Positions 1 through 14,629 of a stretch of 64,000 bases of DNA are shown piece by piece. The translations under genes and the position numbers were made by a program. The notes beneath the pieces were generated by a model. It did no database searches and had not been told where the DNA came from. It was given only the letters and a program-made list of their open reading frames with translations. The stretch is taken from positions 682,001-746,000 of the forward strand of contig JABVCE010000005.1 in the NCBI GenBank assembly GCA_014905635.1, in the 5' to 3' direction. This stretch comes from Scenedesmus sp. PABB004 (Eukaryota). The stretch's first letter is position 1, and each line of letters begins with the position of its first letter.

Positions 1-19
1 AGCTGCGGCGCCGCTGTCA

Positions 20-2579
<2,560 letters not shown>

Positions 2580-2824
2580 CGTGAATTGAGTGCGAAGCCG
2601 GCGAAAGGGGCCGAGCCGCCGCGCCGGCAGCTCACCCGCCGCCGCGCGTTGACGCGCGCCGCGCCTCTGGGTCTGCCGCTGCCGCGGCGAGCACCGGCAG
2701 CGAGGTGCCACCCTGGCCAGCACAGGCGCGCAGCGTGGACCGCGGCACGGCGTGCGCGAGGGAGCAGCGGCTGGCCAGCGCCGCGCTGCCAGCGCAGCGC
2801 CGCGCCTCGCCGCGCGAGCCTGCC

Positions 2825-5287
2825 ATGGCGGCCGCCCGGCTGGCCGCGTCCACTGCGCCCGGCGCCCGGCGCTGGGTGCGGCTGGGTGGCGCGCGGCGCG
2901 CGGCGACGGCCGCCGGCGCCGGCGGCGAACGCGCAGCGGCGAGCCTCACCGGGCCCACCTCTGCATGTGAGCGCGCCGCATGCGGGGCACAGCCCTGGGG
3001 CCCGCCCTGCGTGCCTCTGCACCGCCGGCCGCGCTGCCGCGCCGCCGCCGCGGTGGCCGCTGCCGCGCCGGCGGCCGGCGCCGACGTCGCCGCCTCTGCT
3101 GCCGCCGCTGCTGGCGCCGGGGCCGCCGCAGACGTGCACCTGCCGTTCTGCAAGCGCAAGTGCTTCTACTGCGACTTTCCGGTCGAGGCGGTGGGGCTGG
3201 AGGGCGCCGAAAAGCCACGTGCGCAGCCGGAGGCTGCCGCGCGCCGGCCCGGGGCGTGCGCGCGGCGGCTCGGTGCGCGCCGCGGCGCCAGCGAGCCGCT
3301 GACCGCCCGCGCGCCTCGCCGCTGCGTGCCGCAGGCACGCGCGACCGCATGGCGGCTTACGTCGACCTGGTGGTGCGGGAGATCCGTGCCACGGCGCCGC
3401 TCGGCGGCGCGCCGCTGGAGACGGTCTCGTTCGGCGGCGGGGTGCGGCGGCGGCTGCGGGCGCCCGCCGCTGCCGGCGCCGGCGGCGCGCCCTGGGGGCG
3501 GCGGGGCCCGCGCCGACGCGCCGCGCGCCCGCAGACGCCGTCGCTGGTGCCGCCGGCGCTGCTGGAGGAGCTGCTGGGCGCGCTGCGGGCGCAGTTTGGC
3601 ATCGCGCCGGGCGCCGAGGTGTCGCTCGAGGCAGACCCGGGCACGTTTGACGCCGCGCAGCTCGCAGCGTACAGGGCCCTCGGCGTCACGCGGCTCAGCA
3701 TCGGCGTGCAAAGCTTCCAGCAGGTGCGGATTGGCAACGGCAACCGCGGCGGCGCCGGCGCGCGTGCCTGCGCGCCCGCGGCGCGCGCGCCCGCGCCCGC
3801 GCTGCCGCCCACGCCCCCCCTCCCCTCCGGCGCCGCCGCGCCGCCGCCAGGACCTGCTCGCGGCGTGCGGGCGCAGCCACTCGCTCGCGGACGTGCGCGC
3901 CGCGGTCGAGGCCGTGCGCGGCGCGGGGCTGCCCAGCTGGTCCCTCGACCTCATCTCTGGCCTGCCGGGGCTGGACCTCGCCGGCTGGCGGCACTCGCTC
4001 GAGCAGGCCATCGCGGCGGGGCCGGACCACGTGTCAGTCTACGACCTCCAGGCGCGGCCGGCGCGCGGGCGGGGCGCGGGCGGGGAGGCGGGCGGGCCGC
4101 CAGCGCCGCGCAGCGCCGCGCGCCGCGCGCCGCGCGCCGGCGGCCCCGAGTGCCGCGCGGGCTGCGCCGGGCGGGCCGCCGACGGCCCGGCCGCGTGCCC
4201 CGCATCGCCACGCGCCGGCAGGTCGAGGAGGGCACGCCGTTTGACCGCTGGTACGGCAGCGGTGGGCGCGGGCGCGGACGCGGGCGCGGCGGCGGCGGGG
4301 GCGCGCTGCCCGAGGAGCCCGAGGCGGCGGCGATGTTTGAGCTCGCGTCGTCCCTGCTGACCGCGGCCGGCTACGAACACTACGAGGCGCGGCGCGCGAC
4401 CGCGGCGGCAGCGCCGCTGCAGGGCAGGGCGCTGCGCTGCGCGCGGGGCCGGCGCCGCGGCGGCGCGCCCGCCGCCCCCCGGGGAGGACCCGAGGCGGGC
4501 ACCGGACGACAGAGAAAACTGACGCGCGCCGCCGCCCGGCGCGCGCGCGCAGATCAGCAACTACGCGCGCCCGGGGCACCGCTCGCGGCACAACCAGGTC
4601 TACTGGGCCTGCCGGCCCTACCACGCGTTTGGGCTCGGCGCGGCGTCGTACACGGGCGGGCGCCGCCTCTCGCGGCCACGCGGCATGGCCGCGTACGCGG
4701 CCTGGGTCGAGGCCTTTGCGGCGCGCGGCGGCGGCTGCCCCGCGGCGCACCTGCCCGCGGAGAGCGTGGTGCGCGGCTGCGCGCGCGAGAAAGAGAGAGA
4801 GAGAGAGAGACAGAGGGGCGGCGCGCCCGCGCCGGCCCGCGCGCGCCGGCCGCCCGGCGCCGACGCCCTGCGCGCCGCCCGGCGCCGACGCCCCGCGCGC
4901 CGCCGCCCCGCGCCGCCGCGGGGCTCCCGCTCGCAGGAGGAGCGGCTGCTCGATCACGTCATGCTGAGCCTGCGGCTGAGCGACGGACTCGACCTATGCG
5001 CGCTGCAGCGCGAGCACGGCGCGGCCGTGGTGCGCGCGCTGCTGCCGGCGGCGGAGCGCGCCATGGCGGCGGGGCTCATGCGCCTCGCGCCGCCGGCGCC
5101 GGGCGCGCCGCTGCCGCCAGCGGCGGCGGCCGCCGCCGCGGCGGGGCCGGGCGCCGCGTGCGCGTGGTTGCGCGGCGCGCTGTCAGTGGGCGAGGCGTGC
5201 GGCGTGCGGCTGAGCGACCCGGCGGGGTTTATGCTCTCAAACGCCGTCATCTCAGACCTCTTTGCCGCGCTCGACCCGTCTGCCTGA
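2825..5287 (+). CDS. hemW: Radical SAM HemN-like protein, HemW/RSAD1 heme-chaperone type
   Basis: VHLPFCKRKCFYCDF (CX3CX2C), FGGG-TPS, EADPGTF, RLSIGVQSF, SLDLISGLPG, HYE-ISNYA and HNQVYW (the HNxxYW motif typical of HemW). Confidence 0.88.
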
Positions 5288-5866
5288 CGTGATGATGTGA
5301 GTGAAGCAGCAGTGTCATTGCTGCGACGCCGCGGCGCCTGGCCGGGCCGTGGACGCCGCGCGGCCCGCGGCGGCGCGGCGAGCTCGATGTGCTCGCGAGG
5401 GGGGAGGGGGGCCGTGGCGCGCAGAGAGGGAACGTGTGGTTACAGGGAAGGGGCTGCGGCGCGCTGCGACACGCGCGCTGCGTCGATGCCGCAGCCGTGC
5501 GCGGCGCGGGAGCTCGCCGTAACCGCGGCACACGTTACATGTCCATGTAGAAGGGAGAGCCGCAGGCGCAGGCTCTCCACAGGCTCTCCACAGCACGCCT
5601 AGCTACATGCCGGGCCAGTCACGGGGCACACAGACACGCTAGAGAGGGGGAGCTAGGTCAGATGAAGGTCAAAGCTACAAGAATCAAGGTGATGATGACG
5701 AATCGATGCCATAGGTACAGCACACCCTGCTCACCCACCAGCGCACAAAACAGGCGCGCCCCCTTTATTGTTGCTGCCTTTATTTAGCTTTCAGGCCTGC
5801 CGAATCACACCACCACCATGCTGTGCAGCAGCCGCTGCACACCGCACGCAGCCGGCGCCTCGGACC

Positions 5867-6493
5867 TCACCCGGCGCGGCGCGGCGCCAGCCACGCGCCG
5901 CCCGCGCCCGGCGTGGCCGCGGCGGGGGCGGCGTGCACGGCCTGGATGCCCTGCCAGAGGGTGCGGCCGACCGCCTTGAACGCGCGCGCGGCGGCGGCGC
6001 GGCGGCTGCGGCGCGGGGCCTGCGCCTCGTGCGAGGCAAAGGGGCTCGCGCACGGCCGCGCCGCCACCGCGGCGCCCGCCGCGGCCGGCGCTGCGGCGAC
6101 CACGGCGGCCGGTGCCGCCGCCGGCGGCGTGTGCGGCACCACCACAGCCTGGTCGTGCTGCCACGCCGCACCCGCGTCGTCGCAGGCCAGCGAAAGAGTG
6201 GCGGCACCGGCGTCACCGCTGGCGGGACGAGCGCTGTCGACCAGTGCGGCGCCGCCGGCCGCGTCGCGCGCGGCCGGCTTTGCGCGCGGCGTGTCGCCCG
6301 CTGCACCGCCGTGGCAGGAGCGCCGACGCGGCGCGCGCTTGGCCGGCGAGGGACAGAGCCCGGCAGAGGGCGTGCTCGGCGCCTTCCCGGCGCGCGCCGG
6401 GCCCGCCGGCGACCGCGAGACCTGGACGAAGGCCTCGGCCCAGGCGTCGCCGCCGGCGGGCACGTCCACCGTCAGCTGCTGCTGCGCGCGCAT
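5867..6493 (-). CDS. Hypothetical protein (start uncertain)
   Basis: Frame MRAQQQLTVDVPAGGDAWAEAFVQ...AFKAVGRTLWQGIQAVH has coding-like composition. Minus-strand TGTAA signals lie downstream near 5440 and 5535. No family recognised. Confidence 0.4.
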   Translation of the reverse strand: MRAQQQLTVDVPAGGDAWAEAFVQVSRSPAGPARAGKAPSTPSAGLCPSPAKRAPRRRSCHGGAAGDTPRAKPAARDAAGGAALVDSARPASGDAGAATLSLACDDAGAAWQHDQAVVVPHTPPAAAPAAVVAAAPAAAGAAVAARPCASPFASHEAQAPRRSRRAAAARAFKAVGRTLWQGIQAVHAAPAAATPGAGGAWLAPRRAG

Positions 6494-6800
6494 CGCGCCG
6501 GGCGGGCTGTACACTACTCCGCTTGGGCCAAGCGGTGTGCTGCTTGGCGTGTGCTCGTGTGCGTGAGCCGGAAGTGTGGGTGCGGCGTTGGGCGCGGCGC
6601 GGCTGCGGCTTTGTCGCGGCCGCGCAGGTGTGAGGAAGGCGCGCGGGCTTGACAAACCGCGCGCCCGGGCCCCCTTTAGGCAGCCGCGCTCGCTGTCACG
6701 CTCCACAGAGAGACTTGAACGAGGGCGTGCGCGCCAAGCACAGCGCTCGGACACCCGGTCACAGCAGCATCGACTCACCCGCCGCCAGTGCCACCCCCGA

Positions 6801-7393
6801 TGATGGCCCTGGCGATGCAGCGGCAGCGGTCCGCGAGCGGCCACACCTGGCTCGCAGCGCTGTGGCGCTCACTGTCGGCACCCAGCCTCCTGCGGCGCTG
6901 CGGCTGCTCCAGCCTGCTGGCACGGCTCGTCGCGCCGCAGCCGGCGGCCCCGCCCGCGCCCAGCAGCCTGCTGTGGCCCGGCGCCAGCACGGCGGCGCGT
7001 CAGCGGCGGCGCGCTGCGCCGCCGCCGCACGCGTTTGCTCCGAGCCTTCGCGAGTGCAAGTGCGGGCGGGCGTGCCTGCGCGCGGTCCTGACGCAGCAGG
7101 TCGGGTCTGTCGACCGCTACAAGATGCTCGAGCTGGCCGAGCGGCTGCACGAGGAGGGCCTGCGCCAGCTTGAGACGACGGCAAGCGTCGAGGCGTGCGC
7201 CACGGCCAGCGGCGCCGCGGCCGAGCCCGCGTGGGACGACGACTTTGGGAAGCTGACGCAGAGCTTTGCGGCGCGCGCGCGCCAGCGCATCTTCTGGACG
7301 CACGGCGAGCTCGCGCGCCTGGCACGCCAGGCGACGGGCGGCGCGGAGCTGGAGCCCGCGGCGGCGGCGGCGGCGGCGGCGCCGGCGTGCTGA
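6801..7393 (+). CDS. Hypothetical protein
   Basis: Single ORF with coding-like core CLRAVLTQQVGSVDRYKMLELAERLHEEGLRQLE...FGKLTQSFAARARQRIFWTHGELARL. Confidence 0.55.
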
Positions 7394-8828
7394 GAGAGAG
7401 TTCTGCGAGCGCGCGGGGAGCGTGCGCGAGCAGCCGAGTCGGTTGCGAGTTGGGGCGCGAGCCGGGGCCGGGGCAGCGCCGGCACTGCTGCCAGCAATAA
7501 TCCGCGGACCGCAGGCGCGCCGCAAGGCGCGCTGCGCGCGGCTGTACTCTCTGATCCTCCTCCCCTTTTCCGCTGTATTCTGGTTGCTGATCTCTTGTTG
7601 CTTTGGCCTGGCGTGCCGACCATCTGTCGACCGTCGCTGGCCGCGGCTTGCAACACAGCCCAATATCCGTGACCGTCGACGCCGCAGCCCGCGCTGCAGC
7701 CAGCTCGCCAGCCGCAAATCGCAGCCCCATTGGCGCCTAGGCGCCGCCCGGTGCCGGTGCAGCTCTGCGCCGCGTGGCGGCCAGCCCGCGCTTGGTCCAG
7801 CCCGCCAGTGCCGCACGAGCGAGCTGTTGTGCTAGGCTGCGCCTGCCTCGGGCAGGCCAGACCGCGGCGCCGGGCGCCGCCCCGGCGGCCTGCAGCCCGT
7901 GGGCGCCCTCTTGCGTGCGCGCGCAGAGCGGCTGGGAAGCCTGCGCCGGGGGGCTGCAGCTGCCCATGGGCAGCCGGCGCTGGCCAGCGCCGGCTCGGGC
8001 TGCGACTGTCGTGGCGGCGAGGTCAAGCAGGGCGGCAACGGCGGCCGGGGGCGGGACCGGGGGATGCGGCGGCGGCCGAACCAATCGGTTCGCGAGCGGG
8101 CGCGGTGACGCGCGGCCGGAGCTGCAGCTCCGGCCCACACCAGCTGGTGTGGGCCGCGCCGCACGAGATCGACGGCCGGCCCGTCACGCGCAGCGGCGCG
8201 CGCGCGCGGTGTGGTCAAGGCGGCCAGGTCAACCGCAGCATTTTGCACCGTGATCTAAGCGCGCCGACATGGGTTGCGCGGCAGAAGCCCCGTGAATCAG
8301 TTTGACGCCCCGCTGGTCGCCGTCAGGGGTGAGCGCCGAGGCCGGAGCATCACACACCGCGGCAGGGCAAAACGTTTGGCAGGGCAGACCTCGTACTCAG
8401 AGGCAGGGCAGAGCTGTTGGGCGAACCCACAACTCTTGTGCGTGCGCAGGCAGTTCAGGGTGAGTGGTCACGCTGTCAACAAAGCGGTGCTCAGCCGGGA
8501 GCACAGTGTTGGTGTCGGAAGCACAGTGTGGTCTCCGGCTGCGCGTCAGCCACCTCCATGCGATGTTTTGGCCGCCTCACGCACCGGAAACCAACCATGA
8601 AACCAACCATGAAATGAACCCAGGCAAGGCCAGCAGCAGCCGCCTTGCTGCGTGTTAATCGCCGTTAATCGCCGTGTTAATCGCCCGCTGCTGCCGGTGA
8701 CGGCGTCAGCTGCAGGGGCGCGCATGTGTGCGTTGCGTTGATATCTCCGTGTCCATGCACATGCACAGCTGCCCGCCACGTTTGAGGGCTGGCAGTGAAC
8801 TGTCAAGAGGGGGGGCGCGACCTCGCTT

Positions 8829-11800
8829 TCAGATGGTCTCCTCCGGGAAGCCCTCTTCGAAGATCAACCCGAGGCCAGCGGCGAGGTGCCAGTCGATGTG
8901 GCTGAGGGCGTGAGCGCGCGGGGCGGGGCGGGGCGTGCGCGCGCGGGGCGGGGCGTGAGCGCGCGGGGCTGCGCGCGGCCGAGGCGGCGCGGCGCGTCGC
9001 GAGCTCCCGCCGGGGCGGGCGGGCGCACCAGTGGAAGATCTGCATGCCAGGGTTGTTGGCGATGTAGCGCAGCACGATGAAGCTCTTGCGCGCGACCGTC
9101 ACCTGCGGGCGGCACACGTGGCATGCCGCACGGCGGCGGTCAGCGCGCGCGCGACGGGGCGAGGGCAGCGCAGCGCGGCGGCGCGGCGGCGCGGCGCAGC
9201 GCGCGCCGTGTCGCGGACGATGCCGGGCACGAGCTTGATGTCGGAGGGCGCCTCGCCCGCGTCGGGCGCGCCGAAGCTCATAACGGTGAACCAGTGACCG
9301 TGCAGGTGGAGCGGATGCTCGCCCGTGTCGCGGTTGACGATGTAGATGTCGATTACCTCGCCGCGCTTGACCGGCACGGTGTGGAAGCCGAGCCCGCCGG
9401 GCGGGACGGCCGGGTTGGACGGCGGGCCGATGCCGAGCGGGTTGTTGGAGTAGCGCTCGAGCAGGCTGGGCACCTCGGGCTTGAGCGAGAGCGCGATCTG
9501 ATTGAAGTGCGCGTACCTGCGAGCGCGCGGGGGTCGTGTGCTTGCGCGGCGCGCGGGGGTCGTGTGCTTGCGCGGGGCGCGCGCGCGCGCCCGGCGGCGC
9601 GCGGCGCCGCGGCCGCGGCGGACGCGGCGCGCACTGCGTCGCGTTGGTGGCGTTGCGGGGCTCGTTGTAAAAGTCGATGACCTGCTCGAGGCGCCGCGTC
9701 GCGTCGGGCGGCGTGGGATTGCCGAGCGGGCGCAGGGAGTAGGGGTTGATTACGCCCGGCCCCGGCGGCGCCGAGGGCGTGAGCTTGGGCGGGAGGTACG
9801 TCGCGTTGGTGGTCGGCAGGGTCGTCGGCGGCGTGTCGGTGAAGTAGAGGACGCCGAGGGACTGGTTCCACGCGCTGCCGCGGCGGCGCGGCGCAACCGG
9901 GCAGGGTGGGCCGCGGCGGGGCGTGGCGTGAGGCGCGGCGCGTGAGCCAGGCTTGCGGCGGAGCGCGTGGGGCTTGCGGCAACGGCGTGCGTGGCGGCGG
10001 GGTGCGTGGCGGCGGGGTGCGTGGCGGCGGGGTGCGTGGCGGCGCACCTGTCTGACTGGAAGTCGCGGTCGAGCATGACCGCCCGAATCCACACCGGCTC
10101 CATGCTCAGCGGCGCGCCCGCCGACTGGCAGGGCAGCACGTCGTAGCGCTGCCCGCTGCGCGGGCGCGCGCGCGGGCGCGGCGCCGCCGGCGTGAGCGGC
10201 GCCGCGCCGCGGGAGCTGCGCTGCGCTGCGCTGCACAGCGCTGCGCTGCGCTGCGCCGCGCTGCGCTGCACAGCGCGGAGGGGCGCGGCAGGGCGCGCGC
10301 GCTCACTTGTTAATCTGCAGCGACCCGACCTCCACGGGGTCGACCTCGACGCCGTCCTCCGCAATGACCAGCATCCTGGGGTTTAGGGTTTGGCAGGTTG
10401 GCGGCAGGGTGGCGGGCAGGCAGGCGGGCACGCAGGCGGGTCGGCCGGCGGGCGGGGTTTGGGGGCGGTTTAGTCTAGGAGGTCGTGCGGCCGGCCGCGC
10501 GCGCACCTGTGGGCGTCGATGGAGACGTTGAAGACGGCAAAGCTGCCGGCGTTGACCAGGCGCAGCCGGGTCTTGGGCGAGGCGCACGACGACGCGATCG
10601 CGCGCGTGTAGGAGTAGCCGCACCCCGTGGCGCCGCCGGCCTCGCACGCGCCCTGCGCCCCGCCGCGCGGCGGCGTGGGCGGCGGCGGCGGCGGCCGCGG
10701 CGGCGGGCGCGGCGGCGGCGGCGGCGGCGCGGGGTGCGCCCGCGCGGCGTCGGCGGCGGCAGCGCGCGCGCCTGGCCGACGCCGTTGAGCAGCGCGGTGT
10801 AGGGCGTGGGCTCGTTGCCGCCCGAGGCGGGGCTCAGGTAGTAACGGGTCAGCTCCGCGGCCGGCTCGTGGTACCTGCGCAGGCGGGGCGCGGGGCGCGC
10901 GGGGCGCGCGTGTGACGCGCCGGCCCCCGCAGGCCGCGCGCGCCTGCGCACGGGCGCGCGCTGCGCCGCAGGCCGCGCGCGCGCGGCGCAGCGCTGGCGG
11001 CGTGGGCGCGGGCGGGCGCACCAGTCGTTCATCGTGACCACCGCGTCGACCTCAAACTGGGGGCGCGTGGGGTCGAGGATGACGAGCGCGCCCCACAGCC
11101 CGTCCACGTACTGCGTGCTGTAGTGGCTGTGCCACCTGCGGCGCGGCGCGCGCGCGCACGCGGCGGCGGCGGCGTGCGTCACGGCGGCGGCCCACGCACG
11201 CCGCCGCGGCCCGGGCGCGCAGTGGCGCGTGTGCGCGCGGCCGCACCAGAAGGTTCCGGCCGTGTATGCGATGAAGTTGTATGTGAACGTCTCGCCCGGC
11301 TGCACGGGGCGCTGCGTGCCGGTGGACACGCCGTCCATGATGTTAGTGTCGAGCTGCAGCATGCCGTGCCAGTGGATGGTCAGCGCCTCGCGCGGCTCGG
11401 TGAGGCCATTGAGGACGGTGATGATGATGCGGTCGCCGACGTTGGCCGCGAGCGTGACAAAGGGCGCCCCGTTGACGACCGTCACCTGGCGGCGCCGCGG
11501 CGGGGGCGCGGCGCGCGGCGGCGCGTGAGCGGCGGCGCGTGAGCGGCGGCGGCGTGGAGCGGCCGGAGCGCCGCCTGGCCGCCGCGCCCGCGCCGGCCTG
11601 ACAGCCCCCGCGCCGGGCCGTCGCGTGCGCGCCGGCCGGCCGCGCCCGCGCGGTGGCGGCGCACCGGGCGCGTGAAGCCATCGGGCGCGAGGGCGCGGCG
11701 CGTGATGAGCCAGTTGTGCCTGACCGTGCGCGTCGTGTGCACGCCCTTGCGGCAGCGCCGCGAGCCAGGGCTGCAGGACGACCGGCACGAGGCGCTGCCG

Positions 11801-12446
11801 CAGTACATGCTGCCGTCGGCAACGCAGTACCCAAACTGGCTGCGCGGCGCCGGCGGCGTCGGGCGGGCCGCGCAAGGGCGGCAGCTCGCCGCACGGCGAG
11901 CGCGTGCGCACGCACGGCGAGCCGCGCGGCGCACCTGCAGCACTGGCCGTCGGGGCAGACCGCTACGTAGTCGCCGCACACGCCGCCCGGCGGCGCGGTC
12001 GGGAGGCGGCGGGGCTTGGCAAAGGGGTAGCTGCCCTTGCACGCGCTGCCGACGCCGCTCCACGCGCACTGGCAGGTGCCGTCGCAGCTGTCGGGGTCCG
12101 CGCTGCAGACGCCGGCCTGGCTGCAGCAGAGGCTGTCGGCGCAGACGGCAATGTCTGCGCCGCAGAACTCGCGGGCGCCCGCGGTGCGCGGCGCGCGGCA
12201 CGCGCGCGGCGTGCGGTGGCGGCCCCACGACGCGGGCGTCGTGCCGCTCGCCGCCGCCGAGACGGTCGCGGAGCCGTTTGCCAGCGGCAGGGGGGCAGGG
12301 TCGGCGCAGGAGCAGGAGGCCCGGGGGGCGGGCGGCCTGCGCCCGAAGTGCGCCGGCTGCGCGGCAGCGGCCGGCTCCTGCGCCGCCACGCCGGCGAGCA
12401 GGATCGCCAGCGCTGCCGTGAGGAGGCTGGCACGAGGCGCTGTCAT
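8829..12446 (-). CDS. Secreted three-domain multicopper oxidase (laccase/ferroxidase-like) with two N-terminal hevein-like (CBM18-like) Cys-rich domains
   Basis: Signal peptide MTAPRASLLTAALAILLAGVAAQ. Cys repeats CGADIAVCADSLCCSQAGVC and CGDYVAVCPDGQCCSQFGYC. Cu motifs TIHWHG, WWHSH, HPLHLHGH and FHCHIDWHLAAGL, assembled across introns. Confidence 0.93.
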
Positions 12447-13024
12447 GGCGGACAGACCTCGGCGGCCTGCGAGCGCGGCGGGGCGCGACAGGACGGGGCG
12501 GCGGAGATTGTCACCGGGCGAGCACTCGGGGGCGCGGTGGCCGGAGGCCCGAGTACCGCGGCCAGGTGCCGCCGACACGTCCGCGAAGCTCGCCACCAAT
12601 GCGGCGCCGCGAATGTGTCGCGCACCTGGGCGCGCGCAGCCCGGCGGGAGCACCTGGATGCTCGCGCAACACAGTGGAAGCGCGCCTGTGCGGTGCCGCG
12701 GACGGAGCACCGATCACCGACGAGCGCCAGCCGGGCAGGCGGGCTGAAGCACAGCGGCAGGGCTTTTCACCTGACGCCGCCGCTCCGCCGCGCTGCACGA
12801 CGCCGGTGCCGCTCGCCCTCCCAGCGCGCGGCCTACCCCGTCGCAGCAGCCCGACACCTCTCTCAACGACTGGCGGTGCAGGCAGCCAGGCCCGTCGCCG
12901 GCGCCGAGCGCGCTGCGCGATCGCCGCCGCTGCTGCGGCGGCCCACCCCAGGCCGTGCGCAGCGGCCGGGGACTGAAGATCGTCGTTGCTGTTCGGGGAG
13001 GGGCGCGCCGCGACCGGCGGCGGC

Positions 13025-13681
13025 ATGCTGCTGGCCTGGAGCGGCGGCGCGGGCTCACCGCTGCTGCCGACCGCGCCCCAGCGCCCCCCGGCGCGCGGGC
13101 TGAGCAGCGCCGCGGACGCGGGGCCCCCTGATGGCCCCGCTGGCGGCCAGCCGGCGCCCGGCGGCGGCCGCGCGCTGAGCAGCGTGGCGGCGGAGCGCGA
13201 GGCGTGGCGCCAACTGCTCGACGCCTTTCGCCGCGACTCGGCGACCGCGGCGCGGCTCGTGCACAACCTCGACGACGACGCCCGGCGCGAGCTGACGGCA
13301 GCGCTGGAGCGCGCGCAAGCCCGGCCGGAGCTGTCGAGGTGCGCGGCGGTTGCGGTGGGACGCAGCAGCGGCGGCAGCGGCGCGCAGCGGCAGCGGCGCC
13401 GAGCCGCCCCGCGCCCCGCGGCGGCGCGCCGCAGGGCGACCGTGATCGGGGGCCTGCCCGGCCCGCTGGACCTGGCGGCGACGCAGCGCGCGGCGGCAGC
13501 GGCGGTCGCGGCAGCAGCGACGGCGGACGTGGTCGCGGCGGCAGCGGCGGCGGCGGCCGAGCCGCCGGCGCCGACGCTGCAGCAGCTGCTGCGCGTGGGC
13601 GTCACGCGGGGCATCCCGTTTGTGGCGTTCGGATTTTTCGACAACATGATCATGGCGAGTCAGTTCTCTGGCTCAGCCTCG

Positions 13682-13719
<38 letters not shown>

Positions 13720-14238
13720 GCTGAGCGCCGCCGCCGCCCGCCGCGGCCGCCGCCCGCGCCGGCGCGCCAGATCACGGCGGGGGAGCAGATCGACCTCATG
13801 TTTGGCGCCAAGCTCGGCCTCTCGTCGATGGCCGCGGCGGGGCTGGGCAACACGGTGGCCGACGTGGTCGGCATCAACATCAGCCACTCCATCGAGTCGC
13901 GATTCAAGCACATGAAGAGCATGGCGCCGCAGCTCACCAAGGCGCAGATGAAGCTGCCGCAGGCCAAGCGTGAGCGGCGCGGCGCGGCAGGAGCGGGAGG
14001 GGCGGCCACGAGCGCGCGCCCGCGCACGCGCATGCGCGCGCCGCCGCCGACGCGTCCCGCACCGCCCGCCCCGCCCCGCCGGCACGCAGGCGCGGCGTGG
14101 CTGGGCTGCGCCGTGGGCATGGCGGTCGGCTGCCTCCTCGGCCTCACGCCCCTGCTGTTCTATGAGACGCCTCCGCCGCCGCAGCCGCAGCAGCAGCAGT
14201 CGGATCCGGGCGGCGGCGCGCCAGCGGGCGCCAGCTGA
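13025..14238 (+). CDS. TMEM65-like membrane protein
   Basis: GIPFVAFGFFDNMIM-ITAGEQIDLMFGAKLGLSSMAAAGLGNTVADVVGI...GCAVGMAVGCLLGLTPLLF matches the TMEM65 family pattern. Confidence 0.85.
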
Positions 14239-14629
14239 TGGCGCGTGCGGGCGGCAGACGAACTGAACTTCATTGATCGGGTGCCGCAAGCGTGATCTGT
14301 GTTTGCCGGGCGCGCGGGGCGGTCCCTCTGCGGCGCTCCGGCGCGCAGCAGCCGCCCGCCGCCCGGGCCGGGGTGGGGCTCTCGCGCGCGGGCTTGCGTT
14401 TGTTCGCGCGGCGCCGAGCGGCGGCGTGTCTGCCGCAATGCACGCGGCACGCGTTAACGCCGTGGCCGCGCCCCCTGCCGCCCCGTGCGCCCGGCGGCCG
14501 CCCTCGCCCCAAAACTGGCAACGCCGGCCCGGCACGCAGCAGTCGTGTCTGCCAAAGGAATGCCCCGCTGCTGCCGCCGCAGCCGCCACGTGCACTGCCG
14601 CTGCCGCCGCCGCCGCTGGGTCTGACGGG

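Noticed and set aside
2825..5287. True coproporphyrinogen dehydrogenase HemN
   Set aside because: The HNxxYW motif and His before the CX3CX2C cluster indicate the HemW/RSAD1 subgroup.
5544..5610. Imperfect hairpin (CATGTAG...GAGAGCC/GGCTCTC...CTACATG) between convergent genes
   Set aside because: Pairing is too short and interrupted to call an ncRNA or miRNA precursor.
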